DNA of 64,000 nt from NCBI RefSeq assembly GCF_009834535.1, contig NC_045697.1:117678001-117742000 (forward strand). Direction: 5' to 3'. Numbering within the stretch: the first letter of the stretch is position 1; every line of letters starts with the position of its first letter. The translations under genes were made by a program, and so were the position numbers. Shown here in pieces: positions 50,341 through 64,000 of the stretch. The notes under the pieces are model-generated. The model had not been told where the DNA came from. It did no database searches and saw only the letters and a list, made by a program, of their open reading frames with translations. Origin of the DNA: Camelus ferus (Eukaryota).

Positions 50341-51879
50341 AGGGGTGGGAACACCATGGACTGGCTGCCAACAGAGCCATTTCTCACTTCTTCATCATTT
50401 TAACGGCACATTCATTAAATTACCTTCCGCTGTCTTTGGGATCTGTTATCCGGCTCTTAATTACTTGACTTTCAGGAAATACAGTCTCTCCATGATGACT
50501 TACCAGCATGTGATACTTGATTCTTGCTAAGTCATTAGCATTTGATGCTAGCGCCCACCTTCCTACCTGGCTCTGACACACTTTTCTGATCAACCACTTG
50601 GTGATTCCCAGCCCTCCAGGACATCCTATTCTGCCTGGCATCCTGTTCTGCTGTCCCCAGCTGGCGCCTTTAATCACACCCTTCCCTTGGCCTGAAATGG
50701 GCTTGCCTGTATCTTGTTTATCCAGGAGCTTCTTAGTTTCTGCTGATTTAACATGAAACACTAACATGAATTAAAAACAATATACGATTCCTATGATGCC
50801 ACTACAGTGAGGGCATCGACCCTGCAGGGATGACGCTGACATTCTGGCTAAGATTCGTCACAGTACAAGAGCATTTAAAATGCCCTACATCACACAGCTC
50901 ACACTGGAGACTAGCTGGACAGAGATTTTCTTAAATGTGGCTGCAATCCAAAAAATTTACAGCATAATCTGACAAGTTGAAAATCTGCAACAATCATCTC
51001 TAAATCATTAAGAAGAAGAAATAAATTTTGGATCCACCATGGTATAGGACAGAATAGACTATTTCTCTATTCTCTCTGCAGCAGCTGATATTATAAAATT
51101 ATAGTTATATGAAGAGGTGGATTAGACAATACATCAAATGCATCAAAATACTATAGGAAAAATTTCCTACAGGTATGTATCAGACAGTACCATGTAAATG
51201 CCACACCCGCCAGAGGGAAATATTTTCGAATATTAATACAGTGTTATCTGTGTCTTAAGATGTCGATATAAAAGTGTAGCTCTGGTGGGAAAGTAAATTG
51301 ATACAAACGTACTATAATGAAACTCAAAATTTTAAGATTATTTCTTATATTTTTTGAAGGAGAAATTCTTAGGTTTTCAATATTTATACTAAATAGGCTC
51401 TGCTGGCTTGGAGAGTACTTAAGTGATTGCATTTTGACAGAACTGAGGACATGTTATCCCTCTTGAAATACTAGCATCATAGTAGAATAGAAAGATTCAG
51501 GACTGAAAACCAGGATAGCTAGCTGCTAGTCTCATTTCTACAGTAAATTGCTTTTTTTTTTTTTTTTTTCCGTTGGTGGAGTCATTAAATTAGCTTTCTC
51601 ATCTAAAAACTTAGAGGATTAATCAGTTTCTTGCTATTCGAAAATTATAGGAATATGACAATCAGTTCACCAGAATATATAAAATCTATCATTACAAATA
51701 TGTTCTGCTTTGTACTGTGACACAAAACCAAATAAAAATTTAAGTATTATAAAAAGCTTGGTCAATGATTAGTATCATCAGTCAGTATCCAAGTCAGTTA
51801 TCCATGCTCTTTTCTAGGGCTATTCTAGAAAATGTTTTCATTACATTCAAGATGACTCCTTTTTTAGAGAGTAAATGGA

Positions 51880-52320
51880 GGTATATCTGCAGCTGCCAAG
51901 GCTAACTGTACTCTGTATCAACTGTAACACAGACTCCAAAAATAGTGACTTTTGAGAAAAGATGGATCTTTTTTCCCCATGTAAAATAAATCCAGAGATA
52001 AGCAATCCAGGTTCATGAAGTCTTTACAGAGCCAGGATCCTTTGTAGTTTCTACTCTTCTCATGGCCCAAAATGGCTGCTGGAGCACCAGCCTTCACACT
52101 TGCATTTCACGTAGCAGAATGGAAGGGAAAATCCAGGAAGGGAATATCCAGCTCCTTTAAAGTACATTTCCTAAAAGTAGTGCATCACGTTTGCTGCAGC
52201 TCATTGGCTAAAATGTTGCTACTTGGCCATAACCAACTGCAAGAAAGAATGGAGAATGTCCTTATTTTTTCCTGGACTACAAGTTGTTCACTGACCTTCA
52301 AAGTTATTACTACTAAGAAA
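51880..52320 (-). mobile_element. MLT1-type MaLR LTR
   Basis: caaaatggctgctggagcaccagccttcaca...tcattggctaaaatgttgctacttggccataaccaactgcaaga. Confidence 0.65.
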
Positions 52321-54405
52321 GTAAGGGAGACTAGACATTAGGATACTGCTAGCAATCCCTGCAACAGCATGTTTGCCTCGTCTTCTAAGAATTTTTTGCA
52401 ATGATTACGCTTTGCTTCCAAGAATTGGTTTGGGTCCTGACCCTCCAGTTTTTATCCCGATTTCTGCTCTCTTGCCTTCCTCTGATTTGGGGGGTTTCAG
52501 AAGAAGACTTCTGGACATCTGTCTTCCTTCTAATTTGGCTTCTTCCTATGACTGCTTCTCAAAGCTCAGCCGCTTAAGCCTCCTGTCAAGTGATCACGTC
52601 CCCCACCTCCAAGCCCAGCTCAGTGACTTCCTACCCAGGCCCGAACCCAGCACCAAACCCAGCAACTGGGCTCCCTTGTCCTCCAGGAAGAGAGATTACC
52701 CACTAACAGGTTAAGCTTTTCCTGGTTTTTCAAGCCTTTTCTCAATTTCACAAAGGGATATCCTCTCATCTTTTAGACCAATTGCTCAGTGGCTACATTC
52801 ACTCATTCATTCATTCCCTTGTTACCAAAAGTATATGGACAGATGTTGAATAGCAGAGGGTTGTTTTTCCTCTATACTGACATGTTTTGACAAAGCACGC
52901 ACTCCGAGTCCAGCAGCAATAGTGGGTTAGTGATAGATACATCTTTTTTTCTACCAGAACACTTCGCCTCATAAAACAAGGGATCACTGTGTACTTTTAC
53001 AGTGCCTCCCAGCCTAATATTTCAATTTTTAAGACAGTTATAGCACATTTCCTTATTTATCTCCCTGACTTATTCAACTCCTGGGTTTCCGTCGTTGGCA
53101 GGTATGTTCTGGCACCTTCCAGTGGATAATTTTACACACCTTCCAGCAGGAATCGCTTCAAAGAATTAGCCTATTTACTGTTACCGATTATGCAACACAT
53201 CATCTTGACAACCTGAGCACCACTTCCTGGCATTATGAGAACACATTGTACTGAACTGGCAATTGGTGGAAAGGGTACAAAAATAATTTCCCACGAAAAT
53301 AGTGTACGATAAAATCAAGAACAATTTAAAGTATTTCTTCTGTCAAATGCTACCTAAATATATTTCAATAATCTAGAGCAAACAAGTCACAGAGAATATT
53401 TTGGGAAAGAATAAAGTGATTTAATTTTGGGCCCTTAGTTTCAATGAGATCAAGTTCCTGGCAATGACGAGTTCAAATTCTTGGCAAATCACCAAATGTG
53501 TGAATTCTGACATGAGTTTCCAACCAAGTATGGGATCAGAAGGTAAAAAGTGGCAGGATCCGCTAAAACAGGTTGTGTTTTATGATCTAAAAATCAAAAA
53601 CGTTAACTTGGAATCTCTGAATGCAGCCCTCCCATCCAAATTTTATAAAATCAAATAAAACAGCCAAAATGTGCATTTTCCCTTAAGACCTTGAAATTAC
53701 CCTTCTTTTTCTCCTTTTCTTCATCATCAGAGTCCTTCAAACATTAATCAATATGTTTTTTACCCACTTTGTCATCACTTGGTCATTTTTATTACTTTGT
53801 AGCATTTGGCATACAGTGTATGATAGACTTTTTGCAGGAATAAGTACAATCCAAAGCGGCAATGGACACACACACACACACACACACAGCATATTTCTTG
53901 CCTTCAGAGAGTCTGCTGCAAGCCCAGTGACCTGTCCCAAGCAACTCCCTTCAAATGGGTCAGGGGTCTACAAGTGTTCTGCCCCGTGGCTCCAGCATGT
54001 CCCTCCGCACCCCCAAGATCACAGTCAGGGAAGGAGCGAGCTGGAGGGTCACACAGTAGATGTCACTGCCTCTGCCCGGAAGGGACATGCAGAAGTTATG
54101 TCTCCTTACAGCTCAGCTCCTGGGTCATCACTAACCACATGGCTTTGCCTGTTTGCAAGAGCGCTGGTGAGTAAGGTTCTTCCAACAATCCAGAAAGAAG
54201 AGACTTGGATATTGCGATGCTCTAGAACGTTTTCCAGACCAATATATTGAAACCATCCTGACTATTGTTAACATAAGCATGCTTCCCTAATGCCTTCTAT
54301 TTATCAATCTTATCATTTCCATCCTGCACGTATTAATTCTGTTCCAAAATTTGGATATACTCAGAACCCCTTTTTTAACCCTTGGCCAAAGTTGCAGGCA
54401 TCTTT

Positions 54406-54616
54406 TTAAAATTATTTATTTATTTATTCTTTTTATTGAAGTACAGTCAATGACAACGTGCCAATTTCTGATGTACAGCACAATGTCCCAGTCATGCATA
54501 TATATACATAGACTCATTTGCATAGTCTTTGTCATTAAAGATTATTACAAGATACTGAATATAGTTTCCTGTGCTACACAGAAGAAATCAGGGGTTTTTT
54601 TTCATCTGTATTTGTA
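54406..54616 (-). mobile_element. Short young L1 3' end
   Basis: Reverse-complement L1 3' UTR; TSD caggcatcttt on both sides. Confidence 0.9.
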
Positions 54617-55567
54617 CAGGCATCTTTAAAAAAAATAAACAGAAATAAAGCGTTACCATCACCTTGACCTCGTGTCTATGCCTTGAGAAATTCACCCAGA
54701 TTCCTTTTCCGACCTCTCGCCCTACGCCTGCCGGCGGGGACCTGGTCTCTCTCATTGCCGCGGAGCTGTCTGCCCTCACCTCCAGAAGGACACTGAGAGC
54801 AGAAGCCACGCCTCGCTGCCGATGGCGTCAGCGATCTGCCGGCCCACTGACTTGACTGTCTCTCCCTCCCTTTCCTGGAGACTCACTCAGGCAAGTGACG
54901 TGCTTGCTCATGACAAGAGCTTTCTGAGAGACCCACCCATTTTTCGGTGGAAAGCATCGATATCTTGAGCCCTACGACTTTGAATTTCTCTCCTCCAGAT
55001 CCCAGCCTGCCTGTTTCCAGCAGCCCTGGACCACTGTGCGTGATCATTCCCAACCCCGATCAAGCCCCTGAGTCAAAAGACCCATCTTAGATCAGGCTTT
55101 GCACTGCCAGCCATCTCCGACCTCCTTCTCCCACGTGCAGAGGCTCCAGCCTGGGTGGAGGTGGTGCTCTTCGTGCACAGTGAGCCGGATCTTAGCTTTG
55201 CGTTGGTACCAATACACCACGTTGCTAGTGTTCGGGGAGCCAGGAAACGACCTCTTGTCTGGTTTCTGCCTCTCTGCCTCACTAATTTAGAGTCAATTTT
55301 GTTTAAAAATATCTTCTTTTCCATACGTTTAATTTTGCCACTGACCCCATCTATTGTTATTAATAATAATGATGATGATTATGATGAAGTTGTCATCCTT
55401 GGCTCTGTGCTTCATGGCCAAGAGTCAGTGGGATCCAGCTCCTACCATTCACACACCTGCCGTCAGCACCCCGACGTGAATCTACCTTCACAGGAAGCTG
55501 CTTCCCCAAGCGGACAGGCCGGGAAACATCTATTTGCCTCCATGAGCCCACTTTTGTCCAAGTTACC

Positions 55568-55940
55568 TGCAGTGGGTTGAAGTGTGTCTCCTACAAAGTC
55601 ATTGTTTCCCGCTGCCCTCTCCAGGAACCTCCGAAAGTCACTTTATTTTGCCAAGGGTTAAGGCTTAAGATCAAAGTGGGTTAGGCTGAGCCCTACAGTC
55701 CAATGACTGGTGTCCTTATGGGAAGGGAGGAAGACACTCAGAGACACAGGGGAAACAGAGGAGGAGGATGTCAAGACAGAGACGGAGGCTGGAGGGGCAC
55801 ACCTGCACGCCAAGGACCCTTCCCCAGAGCCTTCAGAGTGGACTTGGGACGTCCAGCCTCCAAAGAGTGAGAGAATAAATCTCTACTGTGTCAGCCCACC
55901 AGGTTTGTGGTACTCTGTTCCGGTAGCCCCAGGAAACAAC
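55568..55940 (+). mobile_element. MLT1A/B/C-type MaLR LTR
   Basis: gggttgaagtgtgtctcc...tccaatgactggtgtccttat...gtgagagaataaatctctactgt...tttgtggtactctgtt...gccccaggaaac. Confidence 0.85.
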
Positions 55941-57289
55941 GGATTTTTACCTAAACTGGAAGACTCGGAAGCATCTTCCATTTCCTTCTCCCCTGTCCAC
56001 ACACACCCCTGCTGACGTCCAGGCAAAATGCGGCAGCCGGGTCGTGTCAGTTTTACTCCCTGGGGGCACCCTCTCCTCAGTCTCTGCCTTTGACCATCTT
56101 CCTCACAGCCCCGCCAGGATCAATCACAATGTCACTCTTCTCATGCAAAGAAAAATCTCGAAAACTTCCCATGGCCCTCCTTCGCTTATGAGTTCAATAA
56201 AAATTCTTCCGCTTGACATTCCAGACCCTTGGATGACCCAGCTGTATTTCCCACTCTTCTAATCTAAGATGCATTCTCTTTGTGTTCCTTTTCCGTGAGT
56301 GGTCTGTACCCTGACAGAATTTAAGGAAATGCAATTTTCCCATTAAGTTTTGGATTTTTTTTTGACCGAAAACATTAATGCATTAAAAAAAATTCCAATA
56401 GCTTATTTTTGTTGCCTGTAATTAAGTTATATTTTGCCTTACAATTTATTTACACACTGCCCTCCCCTTGCCCTGTCCAGATGGAATATGATTTACCTGC
56501 ACATAACTCTAGACTTTTATTTTATTGTTGTTTTTCATGTATATCGTTGGTTTGCAAGTTCAGCTGACGTTTGTTGAATTTACTTGACTTAGTAACTGAT
56601 CTGGAACTGACAAACCTAGAGACTTCGTGAGGTGGGGAACTTGAGGGATGGGGCACAGTTAGTAAACTACTGATATCAATCTCATTTAGGACACACCACC
56701 AAAGGGCAAACACGATTTTAATGCTTACTTTTTTTTCCCCCTTACATAAGCTAAGGTTAATTTCAGTGTTTATTGGGGTGACTACTAGTCCTTATACATA
56801 TGAAGAAACTTTTTAAAAAGATACACGGCTGTTTTATAACTATGTAGGCGTTGGGTTCTATGTGTGTTATTATTTTGTGGAGTTCAAGGTAAGACAGTAT
56901 CTTTAGCAAGGGAAGTGGACCCTCCCTGGGTGATTTGATTTTCACTCTTCAGATGATCTGAAAGCTGTCGCCCTGACTCCATGAACTGGAGACAACTGGC
57001 AGCAACACAAGATCATTCTTATCCACGTCCATGCAAATTCTGTCCTGTCCATGGAGGCTTCATGGACGATTCCCCGCCGCCCATCGTGGAATAAACAGCT
57101 CTGCCCCCGTTTGCGCCGTCATTTCAGTTTTCTTGACCTATAAATATGTCCATTCTTTGGATTCTTTGGAACCAGTTATCGCATCTGCCTGGTTTTGTCG
57201 TGGATTCTGAGCTTAAGGAATCTTTAACAGGTATTCATCTTACATCTGCATGAGAGTTGTGATTGAACCCTTTTCTGAAATTAACTTCA

Positions 57290-58085
57290 GACAGAGATGT
57301 GTTCCTGTTTCACTGTTCCTGATGTTGTAAATTCTGACTACCAGCTTTTAAGTAGGACATTGGATAAACTGGAAAACAATGAGAGGGGTGGCGAAAAGTA
57401 GTAGGGAAACCTTGAAACTGCTTTATAGAGAACAAGTGGGAAAAATTTAGGTTGGAGAAGATTAATCTAATAGGGAAAAGAAAGGGGGGCGAGGAGGGAT
57501 AAATTGGGTGTTTGGGATTTGCAGATCCACACTACTATATATAAAATAGATAAACAGCAAGGTCCTACTGTACAGCACAGGGAATTATATACAGCACCTT
57601 GTAATAGCCTGTAATGAAAAAAATGAAAAGAAAAAAATATATATATAACTGAATCACTATCCTGTACACCAGAAATTAATATCACATTGTAAACTGACTA
57701 TATTTCGATTAAAAACATTTTTAAAAATAAGTTAAAAAGGAAATGATTATTATTTTCCAAAAACCTAAAGGGCTCCCATGCAGAAATGTGACCAGTCAGG
57801 TTTGATGAGTTCTTAGAGGATAAATCTGAAAAAAATGGGGTAAAATTTACACAGAAATTTTGACACAATGTAAGTCCAAACTTGCCAGCAGTTAGATCTG
57901 TACAGAAACGGTGTGGTCACCTTTGAGATGTAGAAATTTCCTGTTTCCAGGGGTGCTCATGCAGAGTTTGGACAGAATCTTATCAGGATTCTTTTACCAT
58001 TTATTAAACTGTTTTGATTCTGGAACTGGACTGCATGTCTTGTGGAGGATTTCAACCTAGAGTCACTAATTTCATGATTCAATTC
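57290..58085 (+). mobile_element. CR1/L3 LINE 3' region, interrupted by an L1 fragment
   Basis: ggacattggataaactggaa...ccttgaaac...tttaggttggagaaga resumes after the L1 as ttttccaaaaacctaaagggctcccatg. Confidence 0.6.
57470..57735 (+). mobile_element. L1 3' UTR fragment
   Basis: gggataaattggg...atataaaatagataaacagcaaggtcctactgtacagcacaggga...cacattgtaaactgactata. Confidence 0.9.
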
Positions 58086-59186
58086 GATCCTGGTCGTGTG
58101 TGTGGATTGCGTCTCCTGGGACAGCCCCACCATCGGAAACACCATCATGAGTCATCTTCCTGGAGTAGGATGTGAAGGTGAGACTCCGCTTCGTGGGTGC
58201 TTTGGCTCAGCCTCCAAAGCCGAGGACAGTATGATAAGAACCTTTGATGTGGATGGTTTGAAACAGTCAGTGGTGGAGAATGGAGCAGCGTTCCAGAAAC
58301 CCAGAAATGTATCTCTGGACCCAGGCTGCTGTCCGTGAAGATGCAGAAACTCAGGCCTTCCGAACACAGTGGCCAGTGCTCAGGGCTCTGTGGTCCCCCG
58401 GGCTGGGGGTGGGGGACAGTCAAGGCAGAGGTGACGGATTCTTCCCCAGAGGAGTCCAAGTCCAGGGTTGGAGTTACTGAAAAATCAGAGCACAGACTGC
58501 AGCTGCCAGGGGTGTGGCCGGGCCGTAAAGAATTTGATGGGCAAAAGAAGTGGAACATTTCCCAAAGCCCGAGGCCTGTGGTCTGGACGGCGGCCAGGTG
58601 TGAGTCAGGCGGAAGGCATGTTACATCAGCGATGGCTCCTCGTGAGTGCCCGCGGGCCGAGAGTGGGGTGGCAAATATCAGGGAAATGCTGGCCAAAACT
58701 TGTACTGCTTGGGTTAGGAAACCACCGTTGGAGAAGGGGTGGGTGTAGGGGTGTCCCCAACCCAGCAGGAGAGAAACAGGCTCTGGGAAGGCCCACATTC
58801 CGTATTGCGAGAGCACCAGTCCCTGAAGGACTAGTCCTTTCCTCTCCTTCCTCCACCCAGTCCTCATCCTCAGAGCATCAGCAGGGAGGTGGGAAGAGGG
58901 GGACCGGAGGAAGCCAGCTGGGGAAGGAGTGAGGCAACCTGCCCCCCCACCCCCCCCGCCCAGGCCACACTGGGGCAGGATTCCCAGGCTGGGTCGGAGC
59001 TGGAAGGGGAGGAGATTTGAGAGACTGAAATGATGACATTAGGTTGGAGCAACAATTTAAAGCTAAAATGACATTGTGCTAATATCCAAAAGGCCCAGGG
59101 AGGCTGGGGCCTCTGCCCAGTGGGTTGTACAGGAGCCCAATGGCAGGTGTGGAAACAAAACCATCTCAGTCACACCCCCACCAGGG

Positions 59187-59699
59187 TGTGAATGAAAACA
59201 TTGCAGCCGTATCAGTAAACAAAGGATGCTGTGACCATCAGGTCATCAGCCACTACCGCCACCCACGACAGTGAGCGGAGGGGGCTCAGGTACAGACAAG
59301 CAGGCAGTGTGGCCTCTGCTGCCACCCCCAGCGGTTCCCCCTGAGGAGACTCAGGATGGGAATGAGCAGGACACTGGCCCTAGACAGCTAGGTGCACATT
59401 GAAGGAATGATTTCAATGAGCCCAGACCTTCCCACCTTCCCACCTTCCCTTACGTAGAAAACCACTAAATTCCTTAACTTGGGGTATCTGGTTTTCTTTA
59501 ATAAACAGTAATCTTTTGATGTTCCAACCACCTGGTCTTTGTTGCAAAAACGCCTATAAACCCTGGCTCCTCGTTACCGCTTTGGAACAGCCTCTTGGAG
59601 TGATCTGAGAGGCTGTGTCCCGGGCTTGAGTCCTAACAAAATCCACCAACTAAAACGTAACTCTCAACTTTTAGCTTGTGCGTTTTACTTCCGCCGACA
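59187..59699 (+). mobile_element. ERV1-class solo LTR (MER41-like)
   Basis: TGTGAATGAAAA...CCGACA termini; TATA (cctataaacc); gatctgagaggctgtgtcccgggc R-like motif; 4-bp flanks aggg/atgg. Confidence 0.8.
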
Positions 59700-59931
59700 A
59701 TGGACAGCTGACTTTAGGAACCTGTTTCATCGGTCACAGCAAACCTTCCTGCCCAAACAGAAGCTCCTCCTTCCAGGTCACTCTTCACAGTTATGTCAAG
59801 ATCTGATGAGGAAATGACCTGTTTCAGCATCTGAATCTTGCACCCTTCAGTTAACATCAAGCTCAACAGATGTAAATGGTTGCAGAAATTCTTCTTTCCA
59901 TGGACTAGTAGGACACTCAAGTTTTCCCCCT

Positions 59932-60426
59932 TGTTGACTGAAATAAGATGCACAAGCTACAAGCTGAGGGTTCTGTTTTATTCGGTGCACTTTCTGAGGC
60001 CTCAAGCCTGGGAGGCAGCCTCTCAGATCACTCTAAGAGACTGTTCCACCCAGGCAAGGGAGGACGCAAGATATACAGGGGTTTTTGCCACAAGGACCAA
60101 GAAGTCAGAACATCAAAAATGACTGTTGATTTTAAAAAGCCAGATGTCTCAAGTTAATGAGTTTAGCACTTTTCTACGTATGGAAGGTGGGAAGGTCTGC
60201 GCTCATTGAAATCATTGCTTTGATGTGCACCTTGCCATTGAGGACCAGTATCCTGTTTTTTCACATCCTGAGTTCAACTGTTGGGGGTGGTGGCAGAGGC
60301 CAGGCTGCCTGCTTGTCAGTATCCCAAGTTCCCTCTGCTCACTGTCTGGGGTGACGGTAGCGGTGATCACTTGCTGGTCACAGCATCCTTTGCTTACTGA
60401 TATGGCCGAAATATTTTTCATTCACA
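59932..60426 (-). mobile_element. ERV1-class solo LTR (MER41-like), related to the neighbouring LTR
   Basis: Minus strand starts TGTGAATGAAAA and ends cagtcaaCA; shares agtgatctgagaggctg and AATAAA-region motifs; 4-bp flanks ccct/ctct. Confidence 0.8.
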
Positions 60427-61877
60427 CTCTTTCTGTCTTTGCCTTTTGCACTAAACAATGTCATAAGTTTTGCACATCTGTTGTTTGAGAACATTAGTGG
60501 AAGTAACAGTGTTGATGTATGATTGAAGGATTTTTTTTTTTCTCCTCTTCGACCACATCCTTCATCAATGACAACCCACTCTCTATCCACTTGCAGCCTG
60601 GGGCAAAAACAAAGGGGTGGAGGGAAATAATAATATCATAAGAGGTATTTAAAGAAACAAGTTGGAGGTGAAGGAGAGACAGACCCTGGTTTATCCTACC
60701 ACTGGAACCACGTGCTAGCCAGAAGGTGTCAGCTAGAAGTGAAACTTCACATCTAAGATCTGATGTTCTTTTAAATAGTCCACGTAGAGGCTGGACCATC
60801 TTGAGATCTTCAGTTCTAGCCCCTCCTCCTCCTCTGTGTTGACCCCTCCCCTTCCTTAGTCCTCAAGAGCCAATGACACTGCACAGTTTTGTTTCAATTC
60901 CCTCAATAAGCCAAGCTTCCCCTTGTTTCCAGGTTTTAACAGATGATTTTTAATTTTTTTTCTTATTAGAACTTTCTGCCTTCCCACCTTTACCTGAACA
61001 CCTTCCCATAATATCTCTGCTTAGAAGCACCTCCCACTGGGAAAGCCATTTCTGCCCCGTCGTCCAGGTGAGGTTTCCTTTCTGTTCTGCAGATACTGAT
61101 CTTCCTCCCACAGCATTTAGGACACCATGCCTGCCTTTTCCAGTTGCCATCAGGCTCCCAGAGAGCCAGGAGCTTCTGGTCACTGGTAGGTCCTTGGTAC
61201 CTAGGACGTGCTAGCACCAGTGAGACCCTTGGGACTCTGCCAGGGTGTCAGGGAGTGGTGGAGTTGCAGAATTTGACTTTTGAAACCAAAATGGAGACAC
61301 AGGACCAGTGTCAGCTTTCCAACGCTCCTGTGGTTCTAGGGTTTGATCTCAGGACTCACTTGGTCAACTTCAAGGACCTTCCTTGATCATCTGTGTTCCT
61401 GAAGTTGTGTATATTTCTTGTTTACAGAACTTCTACATGTTGTTATAAAAATTTAGGGATGAGTGTGCCCTCATTCTAGATTCTCAACATATGGGCAACA
61501 TGTTTTCCTCATTTTGGTACTGGGTTACCCACAGTGTAGGCATTCAACAGCACTTGCTAATGTTCATGGAACCTGGTGCATGATATAATCTTTTCAGAAA
61601 TGTGATCCCTCTAGTGGATAATCCACATTAGTACATACTTTCACTTTGACAAAACGCTTGTTATGAACAAGCTCAGCCAAATATATAGCAAGAGAATTAA
61701 ATTTTGGTCTATTGATTTTGTTAGATGATATTAGCAATAACTTGTCTTTTATACACCTTTTTATTGATGAGAAAGAACAAATGTGGGATAAGATTTATTA
61801 ATAAATTTTAAAATGTATTTTAAGGAATTTAAATACATTTTCAAATTTATTCTAAATAATTTAAACTTAAAAAATAC

Positions 61878-62570
61878 ATAATTTGGTGCAGCCATGATGG
61901 AAAAAACTAAGAATAGTGTTATGACATGATCCAGCAATCCCACTCCTGGACATAAATCTGGAGGAAACTCTAATTCAAAAAGATGCATACACCCCAATGT
62001 TCATAGCAGCACTATTTACAATAGCCGAGACACGGAAGCAACCTAAGTGTCCATCGACAGATGACTGGATAAAGAAGATGTGGTATAGGATTTATACAAT
62101 GGAATATTACTCAGCCATGAAAAAGAATAAAATAATACCATTTCTAGCAACATGGATGGACCTGAAGCGCATTTTGCTAAGTGAGGTAAGTCAGACCGAG
62201 AAAGACAAATATTATACACTATCACTTAAATATGAAATCTAAAATATGATACAAATGAACTCATTTACAAAACAGAAACAGACTCATGGACATAGAAAAC
62301 AAACATGGTTACCAAAGGGGAAGGGGAAGGGATAAATTAGGAGTTTAGGATTAGCAGATATACACTACCGAATATAAAATAGATAAGCAACAAAGACCTA
62401 TATATATAGCATAGGGAACTATATTCAATACCTTGTAATAACCTATAATGAAAAAGAATCTGAAAAGGAACATATATATATATATACACACACACATATA
62501 TATATATGATTAAACACTATGCTGTACACCAGAAATTAACACAACATTATAAACTGACTACAATAAAAAA
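61878..62570 (+). mobile_element. 5'-truncated L1 (ORF2 end + 3' UTR)
   Basis: [29 protein letters not shown]...TMEYYSAMKKN; 3' UTR with (TA)/(CA) stretch and A tail. Confidence 0.95.
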
Positions 62571-63294
62571 TTTGCTCCATTCTAATGTTTATTAATCTCT
62601 TAATGCATGCCTAATGAACAATAATAATTCTTTAACACTTAAAAAGAAAATTTTCAAGTTTTTGTGGACTTATTAGTATATATTTTTAAATAACATCTGT
62701 TTACCATCAAAAAAGTATATAATGTTGCTTTTTGTACAATGCCATGTGCCTGGTAACAGGGGTGTGCTGATTCAATGATACACATTTCCTGTTTGGAATT
62801 TATTAGATTTAGAATATGCTCACAGGACTTGGCCTGTCAACATTTGACTTGATGCCATGAGCTTCCAATAACCCCATATTTTTAATCTTCTCCTGTTCAT
62901 GTGAGGGGAGCCTACCAGTTGTTGAAAAATTATTGCTATTTTATGAATACAACTCTTGGCAATTTTTTCTTTGGCTCTGTTGGGGTGAAGGAGGCAGTGA
63001 AACACGAGTGACTCCAATTCGCACACTTGTCACGTGTAGTTTCAATACCTTTCTAGTAGTTTCATGACAGAACAATAATGTACTTTTAAATTTATGCTCC
63101 TAATAGAACTCTATCTATAAATTAATGTGGCTAATTTTGTTTTTAACAAACACCTTTCCCAAAGGACTCTGTTATACTCCATAGAGTCTGTGGGATGTCA
63201 GTCACAAATTCCAAGAGGGTTGACATTGCTTAAAATACAGTTTTTAAAGCATGTTCCATTTGTGTATTAAGCTCAGATGGATGGGTATTTTCTG

Positions 63295-64000
63295 AGTCAG
63301 CCAACATTTAATGAATGTCCGCCATGTGCTTTTGTGTCCCAAGTCCTCTCCCAAGACTCTGGGGACCAGGATGGGAGGTGAGCACATGTGAATGAATAGA
63401 AGTAACATGGTGTGGCAAGTGGGAGGATGGAGAGGTTCTCCGGCTCCAGGATCACAGAGAAGAGTCCTGTGACTCAGCACGGAGTTATCCAGAATGTTTC
63501 CAGATGGAAATGGTGTCAGGGCTGTGACCTCATATGTAAACAGACACCTGCCAGGGAGGAAAAGGGGAGGAGTTTAGAAGTAAAAGTCTGAAGGCAAGAG
63601 ACAGCCTGATGCGCAGGAGAAAATGCATGTGGTTTGATGTCGCGGGGACCAGCGGCAGAGTTAGAAGATGAAGGACAGGCAGAGACAACAGGCTGGTGAC
63701 TGTCCAGCTGCATCATCTGTCCCGACGGACAACACTGCAGAATTTCAAGGACAGGAGCCACACGGTCACACCTGGAAAGAAGGAGTGTGAATCTGAGAAA
63801 GATAAGACCCGAAGCAGCAAGGTCAACTTAGCGGCAGCTAAAATAGCTCAGGCAGAGATAACGAAGCCCTTAAATAGAACAATAACACCAGGACGGGGGG
63901 ATGCAGATTGAAGAACTATTTCAAAGATGGCATTGGCGGTCCCTGCACTAGGAGGGAGAGGAGGAATCGGGGATGCTTTCTCAGACCCCACCTCAGGTGA
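63295..64000 (-). mobile_element. L2 remnant
   Basis: cagccaacatttaatgaatgtccgccatgtgc start and purine-rich L2-like body. Confidence 0.6.

Noticed and set aside
58145..58932. 240-aa and 154-aa ORFs
   Set aside because: No recognisable homology; ORFs overlap on both strands in GC-richer DNA; likely chance or degenerate repeat.
1..64000. CRISPR array, operon or other prokaryote-type system
   Set aside because: The sequence is mammalian; no regularly spaced repeat-spacer array or gene-dense region is present.

Overview
Mammalian genomic DNA, very likely camelid (about 11 copies of a tRNA-Ala-derived SINE of the Vic-1 type plus many related young L1 3' ends). No intact protein-coding exon is recognisable. 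The two main non-repeat features are: (1) a CpG-island promoter at ~9.3-10.1 kb that most likely drives a minus-strand gene whose non-coding first exon ends in a GC-type donor, making 1-9.7 kb first-intron sequence; (2) a ~2.7 kb processed pseudogene of LRRC2 (19098-21812, +) with poly(A) and a target-site duplication, inserted into an old L2 element. The retrocopy appears to preserve an unusual LRRC2 transcript lacking both the start-codon segment and a 157-nt internal segment. The rest is intergenic and TE-rich (L1, L2, CR1/L3, ERV1 solo LTRs, ERVL and MaLR remnants, Tigger3, MER3/MER5). Repeat family names and edges come from pattern recognition and are approximate. I found no convincing evidence of a novel multi-gene biological system.
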